From Ignavibacteriota bacterium (GTDB lineage Bacteria; Bacteroidota; Ignavibacteria; Palsa-1295): a stretch of DNA of 64,000 nt. Made by a program: the position numbers and the translations under genes. Shown here in pieces: positions 17,886-26,606 of the stretch (position 1 is the stretch's first letter; each line of letters opens with the position of its first letter). Below the pieces are notes generated by a model. It was not told where the DNA came from, ran no database searches, and was given only the letters and a program-made list of their open reading frames with translations. Location: positions 416,001-480,000 of the forward strand of contig CAWBEI010000002.1 in assembly GCA_963787835.1 (NCBI GenBank). Direction: 5' to 3'.

Positions 17886-20738
17886 CTATTCCGGTTTCAA
17901 TTCGAAGCGACTCCATTTGTCGCCACGTACAGCAGGGTTATCAAGCGAGATTTTAATGAGCGTCCCACGTTGATAGAGCGGAAGCATATCGTGGTAATGA
18001 TCCCCGAACATCGCTTCGGAGTTCCCAGATGGCAGCACACCGAGCAGCACATCATTATTCATATCGGCGACCATGCGCATGGAAGGCCCAACCTGCATTT
18101 GATAGGGATTCCATAGGTAATAGGAAGCTTGCGATACCGTCGTTGGCCCACCCGGCATCGGACCGCCAACCACATCGACGAGTTGCGCGACAAGCGGGCT
18201 CTCTTTATCGAACAAATGGCGCATCGTAAGCGTGTGAAGCTTGCCCCATTGCCATTGCCGAATATCCGCGCCAAATAGCTGTGCAAGCATGCGTAAAGAT
18301 TCCCGAAAAGAACGTTGAATGACGGCATCGCGCCCATTCACACCGCTGATACCGGAATGCCACCAGACGTTGGCCGTGTCTGGCAAAATATGCGCGAGCG
18401 CTTCCAATGGAATATTCTGCAACAGGATAAATTCCCCATACCGTGCAGGGGATGGCTCATTCCCGAGAAGTCCCTCATAAAACGTGTTATAAATGAGGCG
18501 ATTCAGAAAAACAGAATAGATCGCTGGAGCGATCTCCTCCGAGCGCATGCCGCCATCCCAATTACGAAGATAATTAAGCACTTGCGCAGTAAAGGGGTCG
18601 AGCGCTTCAGATTTTGAGTGCTGGAGATCATTCAAATGCCTATGCTCTGCGACCCAAACAGAATCGCTGCTGCGTGCATAGTTCATCGCGCTATCGGAGA
18701 TCGAAGTATGGCGAGTGAGGGAATCTTCCCTCCAGTAGAGTCGCATGGAGTCCATTCGAAATTCTGAAATACTATCGGCTCCCAATAACGGCGGATCGGG
18801 ATCGGGATGGAGCGCAAGAAGATACGGCAACACGCGATGAAGATCGTATGCACTGATAATATCGGTTTGAATGCTCTGTACATACCCCTCATCAGGATGC
18901 GGGTGTTCTTCCAGAAGCTCACTGATACGGTCCGCCCGAGATGAGGGTTCCCAATTCATGCCGAACGGAATAGAGCGGTCTTTCATCGGAGGGTTATTCG
19001 CCGACACGATATATCCTCGCGGAGGGTCGGTGACGGTTGGAAGTTCGGACATCGATACAAATCCCGTCCAGGCGTCGGCTGGATTTGCCCCATCGCGTGG
19101 TAACATCTGACGTGCCTCACTACCGGAACGTCGCGGGAGCCTGCCGATGAATTGGTAGGAAATATTTCCCCGCGCGTCTGCAAGACAAAGATTAAGGCAC
19201 GGCGTTGCAAATCCTGACATACCTTTCCTCGCCTCTGAAACTGTCTTGGCATGAACCAGATCGATAAAGCCCGCTAATTCGTCCGTAAGCGCGTAGGTCC
19301 CATTCCACATCATAGAAACAGGATGAGAATCCCGAGTAAAGATAGAATTATCCGGAACGCCGCCCGCACGCGCGTCCCCATAGAACTTACTTTCCATCCC
19401 TTGCGGATGCAATCCCGAAATAACCGGCCCGTGAATGGACATTCGTATCGTGATCGGAACTTTGATTATCGGATGTACTGCGGACGACCCACCCATTCCT
19501 CCACCATAACTCATCCGTGCAGAATCGCGAACGCGAATAGTATCGTGGATGACGGTAAAATCCTGCCAACTACCGTTCGAAAGCTGGTATTTGTTACTTG
19601 CAGAATCATATCGTTCCACAAAATAATCGCATTCATCCGCAGAACCGTTCGTAATACCCCACGAAAGATCTGCCGTACGGCCCGAAAGAACAACGGGCAT
19701 ACCCGGGATCAGGAACCCTGCGACGTTCATCCCATCGTCACTTACGAGATGCGCGACATACCAGCGGGACGGCGACTGAAGCTGCAAATGTGTATCGTTC
19801 TCAAGGATGGCAGAACCATCCGCCGTGTGAGAACCGGAAATAGCAAACGAATTCGACCCTCCGCCAACACATGCACCGGCCATGCTATCGAACTGGTTTA
19901 CCTGTCGAAACAAGGATGCAAAATCACCAACGGAACCTTCTCGCTCTCGCAGAGAGAGCTTCGGAGCAGCCGGTGGTTTCTGAGTAGTATCGAGCGGCTT
20001 TACAGGCGCGCGAACAATGGTGGGCGTAACGCGAGGCGTAGTCAGATAATTGGAAACGAACGTGCTCGGATTCGCGCCGCCTAACACCGTTGCACCATCA
20101 TCAGGATAGATGGGCAGGAGCGAATTAAAATGGGCACTATCGAGCGCAAGCGAAAAATCGCTATACGCAGCATCGGTGAGCGCGGAAAAATTAAGCTCCC
20201 ATGCCATCAGCCGCCCGATCATCATGCAATCCTGCGGGCGCCAATCTTCCGGAATCAGCGTAAGGGCGTCGAACTCGAACCCGAGATGCTTGCGATGATC
20301 TTTCAAATATGCATTGATACCCGAAACGAACGCCATGAGCACTTCCCGTGTATGCGTACCGGCTTTCAGCCACATCTGATCAGCAATGCGCGAAAACCCG
20401 ATCGTGCGAGACCACCGGTCGATCGCGAACGAACGGTTCCCAAAGACCTCGGACATCCGCCCCGCCCCCAGCCTTCGCTCCACCTCCATTTGGAACAGAC
20501 GGTCCTGTGCCTCCGCATAACCAAGACCGAAATAAGCATCGCGCTCTGTTGTGGCATGAATATGTGGGATGGCATATCCATCGCGGTCAATATCGATCGT
20601 CCCGCTAATTCCCGAAACCGTGGCCGTGCCCGAATACGCCGGCACCGTGCCCGACTTAAAATAAATCCCAAGCACCAATAACCCCACCATGAGGAGCAGG
20701 ATCAAATATCCGAAACCAAAAACAAAACGAGGAAACAT
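17886..20738 (-). CDS. Penicillin acylase family (Ntn hydrolase, peptidase S45)
   Basis: RDGYAIPHI, AQDRLFQM, beta-chain start GSNSFAISG, NDTHL, SANN, GPSMRMV. Confidence 0.92.
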   Translation of the reverse strand: MFPRFVFGFGYLILLLMVGLLVLGIYFKSGTVPAYSGTATVSGISGTIDIDRDGYAIPHIHATTERDAYFGLGYAEAQDRLFQMEVERRLGAGRMSEVFGNRSFAIDRWSRTIGFSRIADQMWLKAGTHTREVLMAFVSGINAYLKDHRKHLGFEFDALTLIPEDWRPQDCMMIGRLMAWELNFSALTDAAYSDFSLALDSAHFNSLLPIYPDDGATVLGGANPSTFVSNYLTTPRVTPTIVRAPVKPLDTTQKPPAAPKLSLREREGSVGDFASLFRQVNQFDSMAGACVGGGSNSFAISGSHTADGSAILENDTHLQLQSPSRWYVAHLVSDDGMNVAGFLIPGMPVVLSGRTADLSWGITNGSADECDYFVERYDSASNKYQLSNGSWQDFTVIHDTIRVRDSARMSYGGGMGGSSAVHPIIKVPITIRMSIHGPVISGLHPQGMESKFYGDARAGGVPDNSIFTRDSHPVSMMWNGTYALTDELAGFIDLVHAKTVSEARKGMSGFATPCLNLCLADARGNISYQFIGRLPRRSGSEARQMLPRDGANPADAWTGFVSMSELPTVTDPPRGYIVSANNPPMKDRSIPFGMNWEPSSRADRISELLEEHPHPDEGYVQSIQTDIISAYDLHRVLPYLLALHPDPDPPLLGADSISEFRMDSMRLYWREDSLTRHTSISDSAMNYARSSDSVWVAEHRHLNDLQHSKSEALDPFTAQVLNYLRNWDGGMRSEEIAPAIYSVFLNRLIYNTFYEGLLGNEPSPARYGEFILLQNIPLEALAHILPDTANVWWHSGISGVNGRDAVIQRSFRESLRMLAQLFGADIRQWQWGKLHTLTMRHLFDKESPLVAQLVDVVGGPMPGGPTTVSQASYYLWNPYQMQVGPSMRMVADMNNDVLLGVLPSGNSEAMFGDHYHDMLPLYQRGTLIKISLDNPAVRGDKWSRFELKPE

Positions 20739-20745
20739 GCGCTCA

Positions 20746-20775
20746 ATTACGAATTACGAATTCCAAATTACGAAA
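20746..20775. repeat. AATTACG heptamer tandem repeat
   Basis: AATTACG AATTACG AATTCCA AATTACG AAAT, next to the acylase start. Confidence 0.75.
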
Positions 20776-20868
20776 TGGAGGCGTTGAGCGTTCCCCTGTT
20801 TGCCAAAGGAAACGCATTTAGTTGAAAATTTATTTGTAACCCGAGCGACGTTGTGCGTTCTTGTCTAT

Positions 20869-23043
20869 ATGGGAAAAACACTTCTAATTTTACTCAGCCT
20901 CGCGCTAACTTCGATCTCTCACGCGCAAGGCGGTTATTGGCAGCAATTGAATGGTCCGACGGGAGGGTATTCTGTGGCTATTGCGTCAGGTACAGATAAT
21001 ACCGTTTACTTATTAAGCGATTGGCTTTTGTGGAAGCGTTCTCCGGAAGATCCAGGCTGGGTTCGAATGGGTCGTCTCCCATTCTTTCCCGATTTTATAC
21101 AGCTTGCTCCAGCACCCTTCCCTTATCCTAATTTTATTGCTGCCTTTGGAAAATTGTTTGTTGGCGGCGACCTGCCCAGCGGCATTGTTCAATCAAATCC
21201 TGGAACTCTTTGGTCGTCGTCCGACGAAGGTGAGACCTGGAACAACACGGGAATCATAGTTTGTGAAGGAATTACTGTTTCGGGATCCTCTCTCTATGCC
21301 CTCGGTGCGATCCCCGGCGCATTCGCAGTATTTCGCTCCGACGATTCCGGCTCATCATGGAATAATGTTTTCACATCGACTACACGATTAATATCTTTAA
21401 CCGGTTCGCCGTCAAGCCATAAGCTGTATGTGGGAACCAGCAACGGAATCTATTCGAATACACAAGGAGATTCCGTTTGGAGCCTAGTATCTTCCTATTC
21501 ACCCTCGGATGGAAATTCACTTCAACTCTTCGAAGTGGATAGTTCGATCTGTATGGCAACATGGCAGACGCAGAATCCGCTTTCATCTCCATTTTTATTG
21601 TTCCGATCCACTGACGCTGGCCATACATGGGATACGATAGATAACTTGGGGGCGTGGGCGGGAATAATTAGCAAAGACTCCGCAGGTGATTTATGGCAAG
21701 TCCAGCTTAGTGGTCATGGCAACCAAAAAAATCTCTCTAAATCGACCGACAGCGGAAAAACGTGGCAGGCGGAGCCTTTCAACTTTGTTTATGACCCACA
21801 AGCATACATTTGTACCACTCCTTCGGGAACCATGGTAATGAAATCCCTCGAACATGTCTATCGCTATTCGTCATCGTCCTCCCAGTGGTCTCCGTGGGAA
21901 GATTCACTTCGAAATTCCAATATTTTTTCTGTGCTTGCGATTAGTAACGATTCGTTGCTTGTCGTTTCAAGTGGTGGGTTTTATCGAAGCTCCGATGACG
22001 GAGGAACATGGTCAAATGATTCAATCGACGATCCTGATTTTTTATCACAGGGCACGGTCAGTCCGCCAAATTTTATCGGTTATCAAATTCTCCGCTCTCC
22101 GGATGGATCTCTTTTCTGCTGGACGTTCCGTTACGATCCCAACTTAAAGGAATGGGTTACAATATCGGATACAATTAAAGGGCGCTATCAACCGCTTGCT
22201 ATCCTGGCTGTTGATTCTTCCGGGAATATCTATTCGCAGATCGAAGACGTAGGATTCGTCAATGGAATGTGGTATTCCGAACTATTACGGTCTTCCGACA
22301 AGGGAGCACATTGGGACACCTTACCTTCTACACCTTATTCCTGGAATACGCTTACCATAGATGCTCACGGAAGAATCCTTGGCTGTTCACAGGACGGTGG
22401 GTACGCTGCTCCGATTTTTCGATCATCCGATAGTGGTCGAACCTGGAACAAACTGGGGCCTCAGGGCAGTCCCTATTTTACTGCCGTTACGCCACGCGGA
22501 GATATTTTTGCATCTATTTTAGGCAGTGATTCTGTTGGAACCTTCTATATGATGCAATCCTCGGATGACGGCACTTCGTGGGAAGCGACGGGAAGAACGA
22601 CACAAATTGATTGTTTTGCTGTTGACGGAGATTCGTCAGTATTCCTGGTTAATGGTTACGGTGAAATAATGAAAACTTCCGGTGCCAATCAAAGTTGGAA
22701 AGAAATCTACGCTTCTTCTGATACCGAGATGTACTCTCTTGCCGTAAGCCCTGATCGTCAATTGTTTGCAGGCAGTTTTTTCGATGGTCTATTCCGTTAT
22801 GTTCCTTCCTCTTCGAGCGTTGAAACTACAGTATCTGCTCCTGAAACTTTCTCCATATTCCCCAATCCGGCTGCAAACCAAATTCACATAACATCGAGTG
22901 AAGGAAATATTTCTATTCTCGATCCTCTTGGCCGGAGTTATGAAGTAAACCAAACCGGCAACACGCTCGATATTTCCGCACTCCCCTCCGGCGTGTATTT
23001 CACAAGCGATGGGCATTCGCGGGCAAAATTTGTGAAGGAATAG
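20869..23043 (+). CDS. Secreted BNR-repeat protein with a T9SS type A sorting domain
   Basis: Signal peptide MGKTLLILLSLALTSISHAQ; SxDxGxTW repeats; IFPNPA...LDISALPSGVYF...KFVKE. Confidence 0.88.
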   Translation: MGKTLLILLSLALTSISHAQGGYWQQLNGPTGGYSVAIASGTDNTVYLLSDWLLWKRSPEDPGWVRMGRLPFFPDFIQLAPAPFPYPNFIAAFGKLFVGGDLPSGIVQSNPGTLWSSSDEGETWNNTGIIVCEGITVSGSSLYALGAIPGAFAVFRSDDSGSSWNNVFTSTTRLISLTGSPSSHKLYVGTSNGIYSNTQGDSVWSLVSSYSPSDGNSLQLFEVDSSICMATWQTQNPLSSPFLLFRSTDAGHTWDTIDNLGAWAGIISKDSAGDLWQVQLSGHGNQKNLSKSTDSGKTWQAEPFNFVYDPQAYICTTPSGTMVMKSLEHVYRYSSSSSQWSPWEDSLRNSNIFSVLAISNDSLLVVSSGGFYRSSDDGGTWSNDSIDDPDFLSQGTVSPPNFIGYQILRSPDGSLFCWTFRYDPNLKEWVTISDTIKGRYQPLAILAVDSSGNIYSQIEDVGFVNGMWYSELLRSSDKGAHWDTLPSTPYSWNTLTIDAHGRILGCSQDGGYAAPIFRSSDSGRTWNKLGPQGSPYFTAVTPRGDIFASILGSDSVGTFYMMQSSDDGTSWEATGRTTQIDCFAVDGDSSVFLVNGYGEIMKTSGANQSWKEIYASSDTEMYSLAVSPDRQLFAGSFFDGLFRYVPSSSSVETTVSAPETFSIFPNPAANQIHITSSEGNISILDPLGRSYEVNQTGNTLDISALPSGVYFTSDGHSRAKFVKE

Positions 23044-23070
23044 AGGTGCAGGCCGCGCAAAAAAATCCCC

Positions 23071-23937
23071 TCAGTTCGTCTCAGAGACCTCAAATATGAT
23101 ATTGCCACCCGCGATCTTCCCTTTCCGGGCGATCTCTTCTTTGCACCGGCTGCAAATAATGACCTCATCATTCTTATGTTGAACTTCTTCGATCAGCCCG
23201 GAAACGAAGATGGCAGAAGGAACCGCGAAGACCCCCAGGCCGCAAAATGCCGTGATCACTGCGAACACCTTTCCCCACGGCGTGATGGGTGTCATGTCTC
23301 CGGGAACCTTCGAAAGCGTCGCCGCTGCCCACCAGAACGATCTGGGAATACTCGAGAATATCTTCGGTTGCGCCGTGTGCTCGATGTAATACATCACCGT
23401 AGAAGAGAATATCAGAATGAGAAGGAGCACAAAAAATGCTGTCGCGATCTCGGATTTTTTCGCCTGAAACACGCGGTTCAACGTGGCAAGGGAGGCGGAA
23501 TACTGGCCGATCTTGAAAACACGCGCAAGACGTATGAGTCGAAACATTCGAATGAACCGCAGGTCGAACGGAAGCAACAGCGGAAGATAGAACGGAAGGA
23601 CTGCGAATAAGTCGATCAGTGCGAACGGAGTAGCGATATAGCGCAACCTCCCGACGATCGGGTGGGAGTATTTTTCATCCTCCACGATCGACCACAGCCG
23701 AAGAAGATATTCTACGGAAAATAAGCTTACCGTGATGATCTCCAGAACATAAAACAGCGTCTCATATTTCTCCGCAATGGTAACTTCCGATTCCAGGATC
23801 ACCGAGAGAACGCTCAGGCTAATGAGGCTTGCGATGAAGATACGAACAAACCGTTGACCTTTGTGTTCAAGATCGGAACCAAATAGTAGTTCGTGAACAC
23901 GGTGACGCGCCCGCAATAGTGAAGATTCTTCCGGCAT
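23071..23937 (-). CDS. Voltage-gated-like 6TM ion channel (Ion_trans) with an atypical filter
   Basis: LFSVEYLLRLW, LIDLFAVLPFY, S4 LRFIRMFRLIRLARVFK, pore helix FSSIPRSFWW; filter TLSKVPGD instead of TTVGYGD. Confidence 0.9.
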   Translation of the reverse strand: MPEESSLLRARHRVHELLFGSDLEHKGQRFVRIFIASLISLSVLSVILESEVTIAEKYETLFYVLEIITVSLFSVEYLLRLWSIVEDEKYSHPIVGRLRYIATPFALIDLFAVLPFYLPLLLPFDLRFIRMFRLIRLARVFKIGQYSASLATLNRVFQAKKSEIATAFFVLLLILIFSSTVMYYIEHTAQPKIFSSIPRSFWWAAATLSKVPGDMTPITPWGKVFAVITAFCGLGVFAVPSAIFVSGLIEEVQHKNDEVIICSRCKEEIARKGKIAGGNIIFEVSETN

Positions 23938-23964
23938 GGATATACTGAACGCTTTTTCTATAGT

Positions 23965-25905
23965 TCAGGCTCCTTTGGGTACTTCGAGCGGCCGGTCGCG
24001 ATGCATCAGGATCCAGTCGCCGTTTTCGATAAGGGCTTCGCGGCCGAGTTCAGCGACGAACGCACGAGCGTCCGCAAGCCGGTCTTCACCAAGCAGTTTT
24101 TCAAGATGCACGGTCGCGCGATGGTAGAACACGCTCATGCGGTCGTATTGACGCTTATGTTCAGCAAGCGCATTTTTTTGTAGGTAGCTATGCAATACTG
24201 CGGCTAATACAGGAAAGACACCAATGCCAAGCAGAATATATTCATTAGGATGGCGGTACAAGAACGCCTGCACTGCCGCAAGCAGAAGCGCACCAATGAA
24301 CAACGCCATGATACGCTTTTCCTGAACATGAAGGATCCGGTGATCGCGATGAGCGGATTTCGCAAAATATTTCGCCTGATCTTCGACCCAATGTTTCAGA
24401 ACCAATTTCAAGTGTTCGCGCTCGGTGTCCCTGTCCTCCGGTGCGGACATATCGGACGCATGCGGGGTGCTTTCGATGGTTCCCGCACGGATCGCATTGC
24501 GGATCCAGTCGAGTTCGCTGCGCTGCTTGCGCATGTAGAAATCTGCTACGGAATCCTGAACGCCAGCCAATTTCCAGAAAAATTGTACTCGCAAACCCTC
24601 CGCAAGGGCGCGGTAATCGAGGTATCTGGTTTGGAACCCGTGCTGTTCCGCCCAGTAATACACGACGAACGATAAGAAGAACATTCCCAGATACAACCCG
24701 AGCATCACCGGCTCCTGAAAAAGGCCGGAGTACATTTCATAGAATAGCGCGGCAAAGAACACGAAGGTCAGAAGCAGTTGCAGCGTTGTTTTCGTGCGTC
24801 GCTGAAAGCGTTGCGAAAGCACATCGGCGATCGCATAAAAATCGAGATCTTCGCGGAGCGTGAGCGGTAATTCAGCCTTGTGCTCGCCCTTCGCGTGCTG
24901 TTCTCCTTTATGATGATGCCGTTTCCGTTTATGTCCAACGAGATGGTGGACGCGTGTGGGCAATACGTATTCCTTGCTCGCGCGGAAATGCTCTTTTAAT
25001 TCTTCAGAATATTTGATCGCGTCCGTGTTGAACGTTTCCATGCGCTCATAGACATCATGATACGCTTTTTCGGCATCTGCGCGGGCCGGGAAACCGGTGG
25101 GATAGATCCGGCGCGTCGTAAACGCGCGAGCCGGGTGCGGATTGATCCTGCGCGGCGTGACGATATGATAGACCGGGCCGGTATCCGGTGCATCGAGCTC
25201 GCTATGCGCCTTCGCGAACGGCTCAGGAACCCCTTCGAGCTTAAACTGCACCACTTGCGACGTGCCACCGATCAAATTCAGTTCCACGCCGTCCCACAGC
25301 GCAATAAGGATCGCGCTGCGGCTGGCAAGATACGCACCAACGAGCGCATACTGCTGCTCGCGAAATAAGCCGTGCTCCTGAATATCCTCGCGGGTAAGCC
25401 CCGGCATGATCGGAAGCTCGGTGTAGTATTCGGCACGTTCGATCAAGCGGTGAAATTCTTCGAGGGATGCCGCATCGAAATCCGTTTCGTAAAGTTCGGC
25501 GGGCATGGGCAGCACTACGGCAAGGCGCATTCCGGCTTCGAGCGCGATGCGAGCCACCAAGCGGTCGGCGCCATCGGCAAGCGCGGAGAGCAGCGTGAGC
25601 GGAGTCGAGGGATACGTCTTCCGCAAATACGAAAGCTCAGCAATAACAAGTTCCGTGAGCCGGGGAAGGTCTTCCTTGCAAAGATCGCGGTGACCTGTTA
25701 CGCCAACGATAAGCGGCAGCGGCCCCACTTCGCCGGTTCCCTGCGTGCCCCATCGCAACGAGTGCAGGGTATGATGATGCGGATGCAAGAGTTCATCGTC
25801 GATGAACTGCTCCACCGGGGATTCGGTGACCGAGGCAGCGCCACCGGGATGGGTACCGTTCATCCCGGTTAATAGCGTAGCCGGCTCGTTAGAGGTTATT
25901 TCCAT
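23965..25905 (-). CDS. SLOG (YspA/DUF1273-like) domain fused to two SLATT-like 2TM modules
   Basis: VGVTGHR, SALADGAD, IALWDG...GGT; two hydrophobic helix pairs followed by YLDYRALAEGLR and QYDRM...EALIENGDW. Confidence 0.75.
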   Translation of the reverse strand: MEITSNEPATLLTGMNGTHPGGAASVTESPVEQFIDDELLHPHHHTLHSLRWGTQGTGEVGPLPLIVGVTGHRDLCKEDLPRLTELVIAELSYLRKTYPSTPLTLLSALADGADRLVARIALEAGMRLAVVLPMPAELYETDFDAASLEEFHRLIERAEYYTELPIMPGLTREDIQEHGLFREQQYALVGAYLASRSAILIALWDGVELNLIGGTSQVVQFKLEGVPEPFAKAHSELDAPDTGPVYHIVTPRRINPHPARAFTTRRIYPTGFPARADAEKAYHDVYERMETFNTDAIKYSEELKEHFRASKEYVLPTRVHHLVGHKRKRHHHKGEQHAKGEHKAELPLTLREDLDFYAIADVLSQRFQRRTKTTLQLLLTFVFFAALFYEMYSGLFQEPVMLGLYLGMFFLSFVVYYWAEQHGFQTRYLDYRALAEGLRVQFFWKLAGVQDSVADFYMRKQRSELDWIRNAIRAGTIESTPHASDMSAPEDRDTEREHLKLVLKHWVEDQAKYFAKSAHRDHRILHVQEKRIMALFIGALLLAAVQAFLYRHPNEYILLGIGVFPVLAAVLHSYLQKNALAEHKRQYDRMSVFYHRATVHLEKLLGEDRLADARAFVAELGREALIENGDWILMHRDRPLEVPKGA

Positions 25906-25909
25906 TATA

Positions 25910-25917
25910 CGAAGTTA
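25910..25917 (-). promoter_or_regulatory. Putative -7 promoter element, implying a near-leaderless transcript
   Basis: Minus strand TAACTTCG (TAnnTTTG-like), 4 nt from ATG 25905. Confidence 0.35.
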
Positions 25918-25995
25918 CGAAAATAATAGTTAGGTGGTGCAACAAACATATTTCTATTGTGCTATTACACCTTATTATTTTCATTAACAGTATTC

Positions 25996-26026
25996 TTGAC
26001 AAAGCAACAAAATTGGCGTAAGTTTG
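25996..26026 (+). promoter_or_regulatory. Putative promoter for ORF 26168
   Basis: TTGACA at 25996 and TAAGTTTG at 26019. Confidence 0.5.
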
Positions 26027-26167
26027 TATAGAGCGGTTGCAATTTGTCACCCAAAATTTCCTTTTTCGATCGCTCGAGCTCTGTTGAGACTGTGGGAATA
26101 TGTAGTTTGGGTTGCCAACGGCACGGCGGACGTTCCGCCGGGTTTACTTTATTCTTGAAATACACGT

Positions 26168-26482
26168 ATGGGTTACACATGGACAAAAAAAAATGCGACC
26201 ACCGTTGAGATGGTTGCTACAACCGCTGCAGCTCCCGGTATCACCGTCTCCTGGCAAACAACAAATGGATGGACCGTCAATGCAGGCGGTCAATCATCGA
26301 GCACGTCACCAATTGTACTTCCCGGCACGGGGACTTATGAGCTCACCGTCTCGAATAGTGGGAGTCAAAATGTTTCCTCCGGCCCCAACCCAACCTCGGG
26401 TCAGAATTCGGTCGTTAGCTTCGGGGGAGGGCAAGTAGGAACTATAACACTTAATCTAGAAGGCAATCCTATGGGCACATAA
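26168..26482 (+). CDS. Small Thr/Ser/Gly-rich hypothetical beta-protein with no signal peptide
   Basis: 104-aa ATG ORF filling the intergenic gap, with an upstream promoter-like motif. Confidence 0.6.
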   Translation: MGYTWTKKNATTVEMVATTAAAPGITVSWQTTNGWTVNAGGQSSSTSPIVLPGTGTYELTVSNSGSQNVSSGPNPTSGQNSVVSFGGGQVGTITLNLEGNPMGT

Positions 26483-26606
26483 ACCCAATTGGGATCTGCC
26501 GGTGCGCTCTTTCTTGTCTGCCGTCGATAAAACCCTCGACACTGGGGATGTCAATGATGGTTATTTTGAGAATAGGAACCCGTACTTCAGAATTGGAGGC
26601 GGGTTC

